Part shown: positions 31,052 to 41,416 of the stretch, one piece after another
How the letters are laid out: every line of letters begins with the position of its first letter
How positions within the stretch are numbered: position 1 is the first letter of the stretch
From: an uncultured Gemmatimonadales bacterium
GTDB taxonomy: Bacteria > Gemmatimonadota > Gemmatimonadetes > Gemmatimonadales > GWC2-71-9
DNA: 64,000 bases
Assembly (NCBI GenBank): GCA_963821525.1
Contig: CAWGED010000005.1
Location: forward strand, 640,001-704,000
Reading direction: 5' to 3'
The notes under the pieces: generated by a model
The model's input: only the letters and a program-made list of their open reading frames with translations
What the model was told of the DNA's origin: nothing
The model's database searches: none
Made by a program: the position numbers and the translations under genes

Positions 31052-32590
31052 TTAGCGGAGCGGGCGACCAACTGCGGCCTCAAGGATCGCCACGGCCCGG
31101 TGATACGCATACGTAGCGGCGATGTAATCGCCTTCTGCCCGCTGCACCGCATTCTGTGCATCGGTTACCTCGAGTGAGCTGCCACTGCCCAGGCGGTAGC
31201 GATCCTGTGCCAGCCGGAGCTGGTCGCGGGCCGCGTCCCGGCTCTGCGCCTGCACTCCGATGGCCTTGTAGGAGGCGTTCAAGGCGAGGTAGCGAGTGTT
31301 CACCTCGGTCCGGATCCTGAGTGCCGCGGCCCGGACGTTTTCATCCGCGTCGTCCTCGAACTCCTGCGCCTGCGAGACCTGCAGAGAACGGCCAAATCCG
31401 GTGAAGATCGGCAAAGAGACGCCGACCGTCAGGTTGAACGGATTCTTGATGAAGTGCCAGGGAAAGGTCCCATTCGCGTCTTTGATTCGGCTTTGAGCAG
31501 TCGGAGTCAGTGCGGTTCCCGTCGAATTGAGACCGGCGCGCTGGAAGCAGGCCGCGGATCCGATCACCCCCGGGAAAGCCAGTGCGGAGCGTACCGAGTC
31601 CTCGAACACGCAGCCCTGGGCCTGGCCCTGTGCGCCGAGCGTCGCCTGTTGCAGCAACAAGCCCTCATCGGTTTGCTGGTTGGTGAATCCTCCCCAAACG
31701 GCGGATGCGAATACCGTCGGGAAGAACTGCGACCTGGCTATGCCAACTCCCTTCGACGCGGCGTCACGCCGGTAGCGCAACGCGCGGAGCGCTGGGTTTT
31801 CTTCCTCCGCCATTTTCAACAGATCATCCAGCTGGAACACTGGCTCCGTTACCGGGAAGGAGTCGGAGAGCGCAATGAGCTGGACGTCCACCGGAGGGAC
31901 CACGCCCATCTGACGGAAGAGCTCCAGCTTGGCCTCGTTCTCCGCTTGCTGGTCACGCAGCAGCTGGACATCGGCGGTCCCTTTTTGCACCTCGGCCTGC
32001 TTAACCTCGATCAGGGTACCCTGGCCCACGTTGAAGCGGGCTTGGGCCAGCTGAAGGAAACTCTGGTTCCGTTCCACCTGCTGGCGCGACACCGTGACCT
32101 GAGCAGCGCTCGCCGCGGCGATCAGGTACTGGTTGGTGATGTTATACCGCAGCAACACTCCTTCGTTGTCGATCTCTTCATCGGTGGCTTTGAGGTTCGC
32201 CTTCTGCTGGCTGGGCGCGATCAACCGGCCGCCATCCAGCTGGTAGGTGAGCCTCCCTTGCCAGTACGACTGGACGAATGCCGACGTTTGCTGAGTGAAG
32301 CCCTGGCCCAGGTTTGCCTGACCGGTACCGACGTATCCGAACCCGCCGCCAACATCGGCTCCGGGAAGCAGGTTCCCGTAAGCGTTCCTCAGCGCCCATT
32401 TCGCGGGCCCCGCGTTGTTCAGGAACTGGCGGTATTCGGGGCTGCTGGTCTTCGCCTCGGACAACGCCTGCTCGAGCGACAGGGTGACACTTGGAGGGGG
32501 GATCGTCGAATCGGGAGTCTGCGCCGTGGCCGCGCTAGCGCACACAACAAGCCGGATCAGGCTGGCGGAAAGGGTCCAGCTGCGTCGCAT
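31052..32590 (-). CDS. TolC family outer membrane protein
   Basis: Signal peptide; two OEP repeats (LAQARFNVG; LAQDRYRLGSGSSLEV). Confidence 0.9.
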   Translation of the reverse strand: MRRSWTLSASLIRLVVCASAATAQTPDSTIPPPSVTLSLEQALSEAKTSSPEYRQFLNNAGPAKWALRNAYGNLLPGADVGGGFGYVGTGQANLGQGFTQQTSAFVQSYWQGRLTYQLDGGRLIAPSQQKANLKATDEEIDNEGVLLRYNITNQYLIAAASAAQVTVSRQQVERNQSFLQLAQARFNVGQGTLIEVKQAEVQKGTADVQLLRDQQAENEAKLELFRQMGVVPPVDVQLIALSDSFPVTEPVFQLDDLLKMAEEENPALRALRYRRDAASKGVGIARSQFFPTVFASAVWGGFTNQQTDEGLLLQQATLGAQGQAQGCVFEDSVRSALAFPGVIGSAACFQRAGLNSTGTALTPTAQSRIKDANGTFPWHFIKNPFNLTVGVSLPIFTGFGRSLQVSQAQEFEDDADENVRAAALRIRTEVNTRYLALNASYKAIGVQAQSRDAARDQLRLAQDRYRLGSGSSLEVTDAQNAVQRAEGDYIAATYAYHRAVAILEAAVGRPLR

Positions 32591-32633
32591 GGTTGCATCC
32601 CAAATGATTGGTGGTAAACGCGGCTGCCCCTCA

Positions 32634-32660
32634 TACGGAGTGGGCATCCAGGCAGTTTCA
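32634..32660 (-). promoter_or_regulatory. ECF sigma (SigW-like) promoter TGAAAC-N17-CGTA
   Basis: TGAAACtgcctggatgcccactcCGTA on the minus strand, about 45 nt upstream of the tolC ATG. Confidence 0.6.
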
Positions 32661-32705
32661 GCTTGGGACAAGCCGGGCAAAAGGGGGCGCCGACAAAAGG
32701 TTACC

Positions 32706-33383
32706 TCAGGGTGCGCGGGCCGCTTCGACGCCGAGGTCGGGTCGGACAATCCGGATCAACCTGCCTCCCGCGTCCAGCTGGATCTCCCCGCTGAGCCCCC
32801 CGGTGAGCCGGATCTCTTGGATGGCGTCGTGGTCCGGGGGGTTGGTAGTAGCCGCTGGGACGCGCTCCGCCTGAAAGGCCAGCCTCCGGCCCGAGCGGGG
32901 ATAGAGCGCAGTCATCGGAGTGGCCTTCTCCCCCACAAGTGCGACGATCTGGAGATATGGTGCAAAGAGGCTGTCCTCCAAGACAACGACCCCGGGGCCT
33001 CCGGGAAATTCGTTCGCACTTTCGCCGCCCCGCCCAACGACCCGGACCGTGATTCGGTTACGCCCGCCCGCGACCAGGATCTGGCTCGTGGCAACGCCTG
33101 TCCCGCGCCGATCGAGTAACAGGGTGAACGCATCAGGACCACTTCGCCCCCAAATGGCACTCATCTCGAGCGCAGGCTTGGTGGCCGGGAATCGGGCGAT
33201 TGAGGTAAGACTGTCCACGACACTTGGGTCAGATTTGTTCGGGACCCGACGGAATGACTCCCGGCCGATTTCCTGTCCACCCCTGCTGATGATGAGAACT
33301 CCCTGATCGCTTTGTGCCGAGACCGGGACTGGGCCGGCGCCGAGGCACACTATTAACGGCAGGATGCGCAGGGGAAGAGTCAT
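32706..33383 (-). CDS. Hypothetical secreted beta-rich protein
   Basis: Signal peptide ending VSAQ; GQEIGRESF and LDAGGRLIRI segments; start overlaps the upstream gene's stop. Confidence 0.7.
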   Translation of the reverse strand: MTLPLRILPLIVCLGAGPVPVSAQSDQGVLIISRGGQEIGRESFRRVPNKSDPSVVDSLTSIARFPATKPALEMSAIWGRSGPDAFTLLLDRRGTGVATSQILVAGGRNRITVRVVGRGGESANEFPGGPGVVVLEDSLFAPYLQIVALVGEKATPMTALYPRSGRRLAFQAERVPAATTNPPDHDAIQEIRLTGGLSGEIQLDAGGRLIRIVRPDLGVEAARAP

Positions 33384-34039
33384 GCGGTATCGCGGGAAAA
33401 GGGAAAACAGCGGGACGCCACCCGATCCAGCATGAAAGTATAAATCCGCTGACCCACCTCGGCTGTCGCGCCGACCGGGATGGTCACGTTCTGATCCTGC
33501 CATATCTGGCCGCCAGCCAGGTAGAGGGCAAGCGACGTTTCGGCGGCCAACGGCGTGATGCTGCCGGCCGGCTCCCCGGCAAACTCCGCCGGGTCGAAGG
33601 TAGCCAGGTCGACTACCTGTAACCGGGCCTTGAGGGGCAGGATGGTGCCGAGGGCTTCAAGATGGGGATCGTAGGCCTGGGCCGAGAGGATGACGAACTC
33701 CTCGATCCCTGCCGACGCTTCCCACGAGGCGATAAGTTCGTTCATGACCCGGTGCAACGTCTTGCGCTGAAGCCCGGCCGAACCCGGAAGGCATAAGGTA
33801 TCCGGCCGATTGACCCCGAATGAAATGAGAGGCGATCGCACCACGCGAAATCGAGCCGAGAGATCGTCCGCCAAACGCTCGACCAGCGCCCCGATCACGC
33901 CAAGCGGGAGATGGGGCGCGTGTCCCTCGAGGGTTCCCACCGGGATGATGAGCCAGGGCCGGGCGGCGACCAGACCGCGAACTGCCGCAGCGGTCAGGTC
34001 TTTGAGGCACAACGGATGTCCGTTCTGATTCATCGTCAT
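33380..34039 (-). CDS. Creatininase/MftE family protein, degenerate
   Basis: IIPVGTLEGHAPHLP, P-ISFGV, PGSAGL; start uncertain (34033 or 34039). Confidence 0.7.
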   Translation of the reverse strand: MTMNQNGHPLCLKDLTAAAVRGLVAARPWLIIPVGTLEGHAPHLPLGVIGALVERLADDLSARFRVVRSPLISFGVNRPDTLCLPGSAGLQRKTLHRVMNELIASWEASAGIEEFVILSAQAYDPHLEALGTILPLKARLQVVDLATFDPAEFAGEPAGSITPLAAETSLALYLAGGQIWQDQNVTIPVGATAEVGQRIYTFMLDRVASRCFPFSRDTA

Positions 34040-37000
34040 GGCTGGTCTGCAATCATTGGCGCGACGGCTATTGCCGCCGCGGAGTGGCTGCGTCGTCCGG
34101 CGCCGGTCTGGACCCTCGCGGTCGCCGTGCTGCTCCTGGGTGCCATCTATCTCTCGTGGCCGCGTCGAGAGCGGTGGATGGTGGCTCTCTCCCTCGCCTT
34201 GGCGGCTTTGACTCTTGCCATGGCCATTGGCGGGCGTCGCTTGAGCTCCGTCGAGCACCAGTGGCCCGCGGTGCGGGAACGCTTGGTAACCCAGGCGTCC
34301 CAACAGCTCGAGACCGAACTCCGCCAGGCACTGCATCGGGCCGACGCCGCGGCCGCTAAGGCGCTCGAGGCCGCGAAGGGAGACCGCGCCGCGGCATTCA
34401 GCTCGCTCGCCCAGTCCACCAACTCGGCGGGCCCCGAACTCGGCCTCGCCATTCTCGAATCCACGGGAACGCCGTGGGCCTGGGCCGGGCGACACCGGCT
34501 GCTGCCCGACGCCGAGGGCGATTCGATCGCGGTTCGAGCCGATGGATATTACGTCGTGCTGGAGACGCGCCGCCACTCGCCCGAAGGCCGGGTGGTGGTG
34601 GCGAGCACCCTGATCTGGGCCCACTCCACCGCCCCCCGGCCCGAGGGGAGCTTGAGCGCGCGGTTCGCCGCCCGCACCCGGGTTGGCCTGGAGGTCTTCC
34701 CACCCGGCACTGCTCCGCACCAGAGCGACCTCTTCGATTTCGAAGAACCGACCACTGCAGGCCCCCGGCTTCTCTTCAGCGTCCTTCCGGTCCCGCCTGA
34801 CCAGGGTGAGGCCAAGGAACGGGAGCTGGCCGCGGCCGGACGCGGTGTCGCCGCTGCGGCCGTACTCGTACTCCTGATCGGAGTGCTCGGCGCAGCGGGG
34901 CCGGCCACGCTGCTGGCTTCGCTCGCCGGACTCCTCTGGCTCGGCCTTCGCTCTCCCGCGGGATCCGCGCTCGGGTTCGATGACCTGTTCTCCCCCGCCA
35001 CCTTCTTCCGTGCATCCTTCGGCCCATTTACCGCTTCGTCCGGGGCTCTGGGCCTCTCGAGTCTATTGCTCCTGCTCGCCGGAATCTGGCTCTGGCGTCG
35101 TAGCGCTCCGCGACAGCCCTGGCAGCGTGTTGTCGGGGTGCTCTTGCTCGGTGCGGCTCCGTCTTTTCTTACCGAGCTGGGCCGTGGCATCACTCCTCCA
35201 CTGAACGGTGTGTCGGCCCAGTTGTGGGCTACCTGGCAAGTAGTCCTGGCCCTGGCCGCCAGCGCCGTAATCGTGCTCGCCGCTGCGTGCTTGCGGCCCG
35301 GCTCTGAGAAAGAAGCGAGCGACCGGGGCCTGCTCCCGGGCGTGGGGGTCGCGCTCATCGCAGCGCTGATCGGCCTCAGGATCTGGAGTCCTCCCCTCGG
35401 CTATCCCACATGGTACACGCTACTCTGGTTGCTGGCACTTTTCCTGGTCGCTCGATCGACGCCACGCTGGGGAAGCGTTGTCGCCATCGCGCTCGTCGCG
35501 GGCAGTGCCGCGTCGCTGGTAACCTGGGCGGCCGTCCTTAACGGCCGCATCGTAGTGGCACAACGGGACCTTGGGAGACTCGGAGAAGTAGAGGATCCTC
35601 TGGCCGAACCGTTGCTCGAACGATTGGCGGAACAGCTCACGGCGCAAGGAGGAGTCCGAACCGCGGCGGAGATGTACGCCCTCTGGCGCACGTCCTATCT
35701 CGGAGAGCAGGACTATCCCGTGCGGCTCACCTTGTGGGGTGCTCGAGGTGAGCGGGTGGCCGATCTGTCGCTCGATGCGCTGGATCTGCCAACCCCATTG
35801 TTGTCGGCGCTGGTGCAGGGCATGGACAGCAGTATCAGCCGGACCGTCACCCGCGCGGCACGGGTCCCTGGACTGCACTACATCCTGATCCAGCGGTTGA
35901 GCGACGGCGATGTCTTCACGGCGGCTATCGGACCACGGACCCGACTGATCACGCCGACTCGGCTATCCCGGCTGCTGCGTCCCCCGGCTGAAGGCGCGCC
36001 CTTGTATGACCTCGCTCTCACCCCTCCCGGTGTGAGCACGGCTGGCGAACCGGCTCAGGTCGGTTGGCGGCGGGTAGGCTGGGAGGTTCGCAACGAGCGG
36101 CCACTGACCCTCTTCGGCGCGGTGCGACACGCCCATGCATCGGTCTCCCTGCACGCGCCGCTTTCGCTGGCTGTGCGGGGGGCGCTGCTCGTTCTGCTCG
36201 ATGCGACGGTGGTGATCATCATCTGGCTCCTGACCACGGTCCGACTCGATGGTCCGAGGCGGCGCTGGTCGTTCAAGCGGGTCGCTCGCTCGTTCCAGGT
36301 GCGTCTCGCCGCGACGCTGGCGGTGTTCTTCGTGGTTCCCGCCGCGGGATTCGCCGCGTGGAATTTCTCGCGCTTCGATGCCGAGGCCGCACGGAGCCGT
36401 GACCTGTTGATCTCCCAGGTACTCCGCGATGCGGTCTTCACCGCGGGCGGCCTGCTGCGTGGTCCGGGAGAGATCCTGACCTTTGGGCTGCAGGAACTCT
36501 CGGACCGGCTCGATGCTGATCTCGCGCTCTACAGCGGCGGCACCTTGCTCGCTACCAGCGCGCCCATCCTCCACGACTTAGGTCTCGTGGAACCGCTGGT
36601 GGATCCCAGGGTCTTTGTCCGGCTGGGACTGGGGGACGAGATCGCGCAGATCAGAAACGGGACGACCTACATGTCACCGGTGCGGGTGGGCTATCGCGTG
36701 GTCCAGAGCGGCCCACCGGGCGGGATTGGCATCCTGGCGACGCCGCAGGTGGCGGACGACTGGTTCCTGGCGGAGACCCAGCGCGATCTCGCCTTCTTCC
36801 TACTGCTCGCGACGCTGGTGGGAATCGCAGCGGCTGTGGCTGCGGCACAGGTCGTCGCACGAGCGCTCGCTCGCCCGGTGGAGGAGCTCAGAACATCCGC
36901 ACTGTCACTGGGACGGGGAGAGACACCGCCACCGCCGGAGACGCCTCCGGTCGAATTCGAAGAGCTGTTCGGCGCCTTTGCACGGATGTCGTCTGACATT

Positions 37001-38038
37001 CGGTCGAGTCAGGCCGCACTCGAGAGCGCCCGTCGCCGAACGGCGGCGGTGCTGGCGGACGTTGCCACCGGTGTGCTGGCTCTCGATGCACGAGGTACAG
37101 TGATCATCGCGAATCCTCGCGCGCGAGAGATGCTGGGACACCCGCTGGCCGAGGGTGAAGGAATGGCCCCGGCGCTGGGTGCAGGGTGGGGGCCGCTCGC
37201 GAAAGCGATGGAGTCGTTCACTCAAGGCGGGCCCTCCGCCGGCGAATTGGAGATCGAAGGACGCCGGCTGCGCTATCAGCTGGAGAAACTGGGGACGGAC
37301 GTCGGTGGCACCGTGCTCTCGCTCGACGACATCACCGACGTGACCCAGGCAGAACGGGTGCTTGCCTGGGGAGAGATGGCCCGACAGGTCGCCCACGAAA
37401 TCAAGAACCCGCTCACCCCGCTCCGGCTCGGGATCCAGCACCTGAGGCGAGTCTATCGCGAACGTCGCAGCGAGTTCGACGAGACTCTGGAGACGACGTC
37501 GAGCCGGATCCTGGCGGAGATTGACCGGCTCGACACGATCGCGCGGGGGTTCAGCAGGTTCGGGTTGCCGCTGGAAGAGGCGGCTCCGCTGGAGAGTGTG
37601 GATCTCCTCGCCACCGCGCGAGAGGTAGCGGATCTCTACCGGCTCACCGGCGAGAGCGTCTCGGTGTCGGTGAAGGGCAACGGACCACTGTTGCGACCGG
37701 CCCGGCGTGACGAATTGAAGGAAGTGCTGGGGAATCTGGTGGAGAATGCACGGAATGCCGGTGCCAGCTCCATCGAACTGTCGGTGGGCAAGCCGGGATT
37801 CGCCGTGAAAGACAACGGCCGGGGAATACCCGCCGAGCTGTTACCGAAAATCTTCGAGCCCAGGTTCTCTACCACGACCAGCGGGTCGGGGCTGGGGCTC
37901 GCGATCGTGAAGCGGCTGGTCGAGAGCTGGGGTGCCGCGGTCGAGGTTCAGAGCGTGCCGCGCAAAGGCACCACGGTCGCTATCGCCTGGCCCGACGGAA
38001 CCGCTCAGGGGCCGGCGAGCGCCGGCGGCCCCCGGTAA
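34016..38038 (+). CDS. Large multi-TM sensor histidine kinase, NtrY-like HAMP-PAS-HisKA-HATPase
   Basis: AWGEMARQVAHEIKNPLTP H-box, NLVENA, DNGRG, FST..GSGLGL. Confidence 0.9.
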   Translation: MSVLIHRHGWSAIIGATAIAAAEWLRRPAPVWTLAVAVLLLGAIYLSWPRRERWMVALSLALAALTLAMAIGGRRLSSVEHQWPAVRERLVTQASQQLETELRQALHRADAAAAKALEAAKGDRAAAFSSLAQSTNSAGPELGLAILESTGTPWAWAGRHRLLPDAEGDSIAVRADGYYVVLETRRHSPEGRVVVASTLIWAHSTAPRPEGSLSARFAARTRVGLEVFPPGTAPHQSDLFDFEEPTTAGPRLLFSVLPVPPDQGEAKERELAAAGRGVAAAAVLVLLIGVLGAAGPATLLASLAGLLWLGLRSPAGSALGFDDLFSPATFFRASFGPFTASSGALGLSSLLLLLAGIWLWRRSAPRQPWQRVVGVLLLGAAPSFLTELGRGITPPLNGVSAQLWATWQVVLALAASAVIVLAAACLRPGSEKEASDRGLLPGVGVALIAALIGLRIWSPPLGYPTWYTLLWLLALFLVARSTPRWGSVVAIALVAGSAASLVTWAAVLNGRIVVAQRDLGRLGEVEDPLAEPLLERLAEQLTAQGGVRTAAEMYALWRTSYLGEQDYPVRLTLWGARGERVADLSLDALDLPTPLLSALVQGMDSSISRTVTRAARVPGLHYILIQRLSDGDVFTAAIGPRTRLITPTRLSRLLRPPAEGAPLYDLALTPPGVSTAGEPAQVGWRRVGWEVRNERPLTLFGAVRHAHASVSLHAPLSLAVRGALLVLLDATVVIIIWLLTTVRLDGPRRRWSFKRVARSFQVRLAATLAVFFVVPAAGFAAWNFSRFDAEAARSRDLLISQVLRDAVFTAGGLLRGPGEILTFGLQELSDRLDADLALYSGGTLLATSAPILHDLGLVEPLVDPRVFVRLGLGDEIAQIRNGTTYMSPVRVGYRVVQSGPPGGIGILATPQVADDWFLAETQRDLAFFLLLATLVGIAAAVAAAQVVARALARPVEELRTSALSLGRGETPPPPETPPVEFEELFGAFARMSSDIRSSQAALESARRRTAAVLADVATGVLALDARGTVIIANPRAREMLGHPLAEGEGMAPALGAGWGPLAKAMESFTQGGPSAGELEIEGRRLRYQLEKLGTDVGGTVLSLDDITDVTQAERVLAWGEMARQVAHEIKNPLTPLRLGIQHLRRVYRERRSEFDETLETTSSRILAEIDRLDTIARGFSRFGLPLEEAAPLESVDLLATAREVADLYRLTGESVSVSVKGNGPLLRPARRDELKEVLGNLVENARNAGASSIELSVGKPGFAVKDNGRGIPAELLPKIFEPRFSTTTSGSGLGLAIVKRLVESWGAAVEVQSVPRKGTTVAIAWPDGTAQGPASAGGPR

Positions 38039-38324
38039 CGCGGACCGCGTCCGGTCGGAGGTCCCGCGACGAGCTGCAGCGCCGCCTGCAATCTGGTCAG
38101 AACGTCGGCAACCCCCCAAGGATCTCTCGGCGCAGCGTCGGTCGACCACATCATGCGGCAGATGTGTAGCATGGTTGCGCACTCTCTCTCCGCGATGCAT
38201 CCTATCCGCCGGTTTGCCCCGCCTTGGCCGGGCCAGAGGGCAAGCCGGGGGGCGGCCCGACTTCTGCAAACCAGTCTTCTGCCTGTAATGCTGGTCCATC
38301 CGCCGCGTTCACAGGATCCTCCAA

Positions 38325-38786
38325 ATGAGCACCGAACCGATTCCGCAGGATCTGGTCGCCGTTCACGATCTGTTGCGGGAAACGCTTGCCAACTCTAGAG
38401 ATAGCGGCAGCGGCCTGGGCTATGGGATCGCGATTTTCCCGCGGACCGGACGATTTGGCGCGCCGGTTTTCGGCATCGCAACGAGTGGCGGGGAATCCAC
38501 AGTCCTGACTTACCGGATGCTACAGTCGCTGGTGGAAGTGCCGGTCTACGTCTCGGGTCGAATCCCCGCGACGGTGCGGGAGGGTCTGACCTATGGTCCG
38601 CCGCGCGTGATTCCGGCGGCGCTTCTCGATCAACCCGTGCTGCGGGTGGGTCTCACTCTCTGCATTGGCTCCAGTCGGGACGATCTCGAGCGCACCCAGC
38701 CGCTCGAATCCAGCATCTTCGCCGGCGATCTCAACGCACCGATCATTCTGCTCACCGAGATCAGGCCGGAGGGATGGCCGCACTGA
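38325..38786 (+). CDS. Hypothetical protein
   Basis: 153-aa ORF with protein-like composition and AGGA upstream; no recognised family. Confidence 0.6.
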   Translation: MSTEPIPQDLVAVHDLLRETLANSRDSGSGLGYGIAIFPRTGRFGAPVFGIATSGGESTVLTYRMLQSLVEVPVYVSGRIPATVREGLTYGPPRVIPAALLDQPVLRVGLTLCIGSSRDDLERTQPLESSIFAGDLNAPIILLTEIRPEGWPH

Positions 38787-38923
38787 ATTAGGCGAGTACC
38801 GAGACCCGTTGAGAAGGACTGAGGACTGAAGTAGCCCCCGCCCGTGTTTCCGCCCGGATGTCCTGCGCTGATTCAATCCCCAGATAGCTTTCGAGAGATT
38901 GCTTCACCACGACCACGACCGGC

Positions 38924-39558
38924 TTATTTCTTCCACTCGGAAACCGCGGTCTTCATTCGCTGCTGCACCGCCTTCAGACGCTGGTTGTCGGTCCGGTCGG
39001 GCGCGCCGCTGAGGAGATCCAGGATCCGCTCCGCTTCGATCCCCCAGCCCATGGCGATGAGGGCTCCATTCTTCGACCACTGCAACACTTTGGCAGCCGA
39101 GGCGGCCTGACGCTTACGTCCTTCAGTGATGAGCCGAGCTTGCGGATGTCGCCAATGGCGCCGATGGCCTCAACCAGGTCTTTGACGTCCTCGTACCGCA
39201 GCGGAAGCAGCTTGGTGGCCCACTTCCCGGCGACGAAGGCCACTCGCCACCGGTCCGTTTCAGGACTTCGTGATCCTTCCCCTCCGCCAGATCCTCCGCC
39301 CCTTCGATCAGGGACACGAGGGTAGGTGCCACCTCGATTCCGTAGAGCTCCTCAAGTTCCTTCTCCGTGCGGTTTCTTAGAGCCACTGGGCTGCAACTTA
39401 GGCTTCAGGTCCTTGAGAATCGCTGCGCAGGCCCCGATCGCCGCGTGCTCGGTCTGCAGGTGCAGCGTCACCTCTTTGTTCGGGGTTTTGGGCGCCATGT
39501 CCTGAATGGCCGTTTGGCGCTTTTGCAGCTTTTTAAGAGTCTCAGTGATGTCTTTCAT
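38924..39558 (-). CDS. Hypothetical alpha-helical, Lys/Glu-rich protein (stitched across about 3 indels)
   Basis: GAGG RBS then [15 protein letters not shown]; protein-like segments continue through ORFs 39123-39386 and 38974-39243 to ..TAVSEWKK*. Confidence 0.55.
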
Positions 39559-39754
39559 ACCCGCCTCGTCTATGCCGTGCCTGCCAAGTATTGGAGATCT
39601 GCTGCCAGGAAAAGGTACCAGCGCTGCAGCTCCGCGGCGATGCACTCCACAGCCTCCTCGTTCGCCGCAGCATTTCGTCGTCCCCCGCAGTTATTGGATA
39701 CCCGAGGATCTCGCTCGCCGCGCTAGAATCTGCGGTCACTCACCTCCTGGCCGC

Positions 39755-41309
39755 ATGCTCGCTCGAGTCCGCTCCGCCGCCGTACTCGGCATTGATGCCT
39801 ACCTGGTCGAGGTCGAAGCCGACCTCACCAACGGCCTCCCTTCCTTCTCGACCGTGGGCTTCCGCAGGGTGCGGTGAAGAAGGGCAGGGAACGCGTCTGC
39901 GCCGCGATGGTGAACGCCGGCTTCAACTACCCGCTCAAACGGATCACGATCAACCTGGCTCCGGCGGACGTCCGAAAGGACGGGTCCGCATTCGATCTGC
40001 CGATCGCGATCGCGCTGCTCATGGCGAGCGGCCAGGTTGGCGGCCGAGGGGTTGATCATCTCCTTTGCTAGGGTGAGCTCGGTCTCGAAGGAGATCTGCG
40101 TCCCTGTCCGGGGTGCGCTTTCCATGACACTCGCCGCTCGCGGCAGCGCGGGCTCGACGGTGTCGTCCTGCCGCCGAGAACGTGGATGAGGCGTCGGTGG
40201 TGGAGGGGATCACAGTGCACGGCGCGCGGACGCTGCTCGATGTCTGTGCCCATCTTACGGGAGACGCTCCGAGCAGCCACTCGCGATGTGGGCGAGCTGA
40301 TGGCGCGGCGGGAACACGACCTGGTGGACTTCGCGGATGTGAGAGGGCAGGCGGCGGCGAAGCGGGCGCTCGAGGTCGCGGCGGCGGGATCGCACAACGT
40401 TCTGCTGTCGGTCCGCCCGGCTCCGGGAAGACGATGCTGGCGCGGCGTCTGCCGACGATTCTGCCGCCCATGACGCTGGACGAGGCGCTGGAGACGACCC
40501 GGGTCCACAGCGTCGCGGGAATGCTGCCGGCGGGCGCTCGCTCTGTCGCCACGCGTCCGTTCCGCGCGCCTCATCACACCATCAGTGATGCCGGGTTGAT
40601 CGGCGGAGGCTCCGAATCCGCGGCCGGGAGAGGTCAGCCTGGCCCACGGGGGAGTGCTGTTCCTGGATGAGCTGCCGGAGTTCCGGAAGCAATGTGCTCG
40701 AGGTGCTGCGCCAGCCGCTGGAGGACGGCATCGTCACCCTGAGCCGCGCCGCGACGAGTCTCACCTATCCCGCCAGGCTCATGCTCGCGGCGGCGATGAA
40801 TCCCTGTCCCTGCGGGTACTCAGGCGATCCCACCCATAACTGCCGCTGCATCCCATCGGGTCGAGCGCTACCTGGGGCGGGTCTCGGGACCACTGCTCGA
40901 CCGGATCGACATTCATCTCGCGGTACCCGCCGTGCCGTGCGCGGAGCTGGCGGGAGAACGATCAGAAGAGCCGAGTGCCGCGGTCCGCGCCCGGGTCGAA
41001 GAGGCTCGGCAGAGGCAACAGGCCCGGTTCCGGGAGCAACCCGGCCTCTTCGCCAATGCGCACATGGCCTCGCGGGACATTCGCCGGTATTGTCGCCTGG
41101 CGGAGCCAGTCGAGAGCCTGCTCAGGACCGCGATCACCCGACTCGGCCTCTCCGCCCGGGCCTATCACCGCGTGCTCAAGCTGGCGCGGACGATTGCGGA
41201 TCTGGCCGGGGCAGGGGAGATCGGCGTTCCTCACATCAGCGAAGCGATCCAGTATCGGAGTCTGGATCGGACGCACCGGAAGGCGGCGCCGATGGTCGAA
41301 CGGCATTAA
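39755..41309 (+). CDS. comM: YifB/ComM Mg-chelatase-like AAA+ ATPase (many indels)
   Basis: [81 protein letters not shown]. Confidence 0.92.
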
Positions 41310-41416
41310 GCCGGATTCCCTCGGACCCTGTTCCCGGTTAAATAGGGGCTGGGATCCCGGTAGACTCGCCTTCTCACGTTACCCGCTGATGGAGTCCAAA
41401 CCTGACGGACCCTTCC

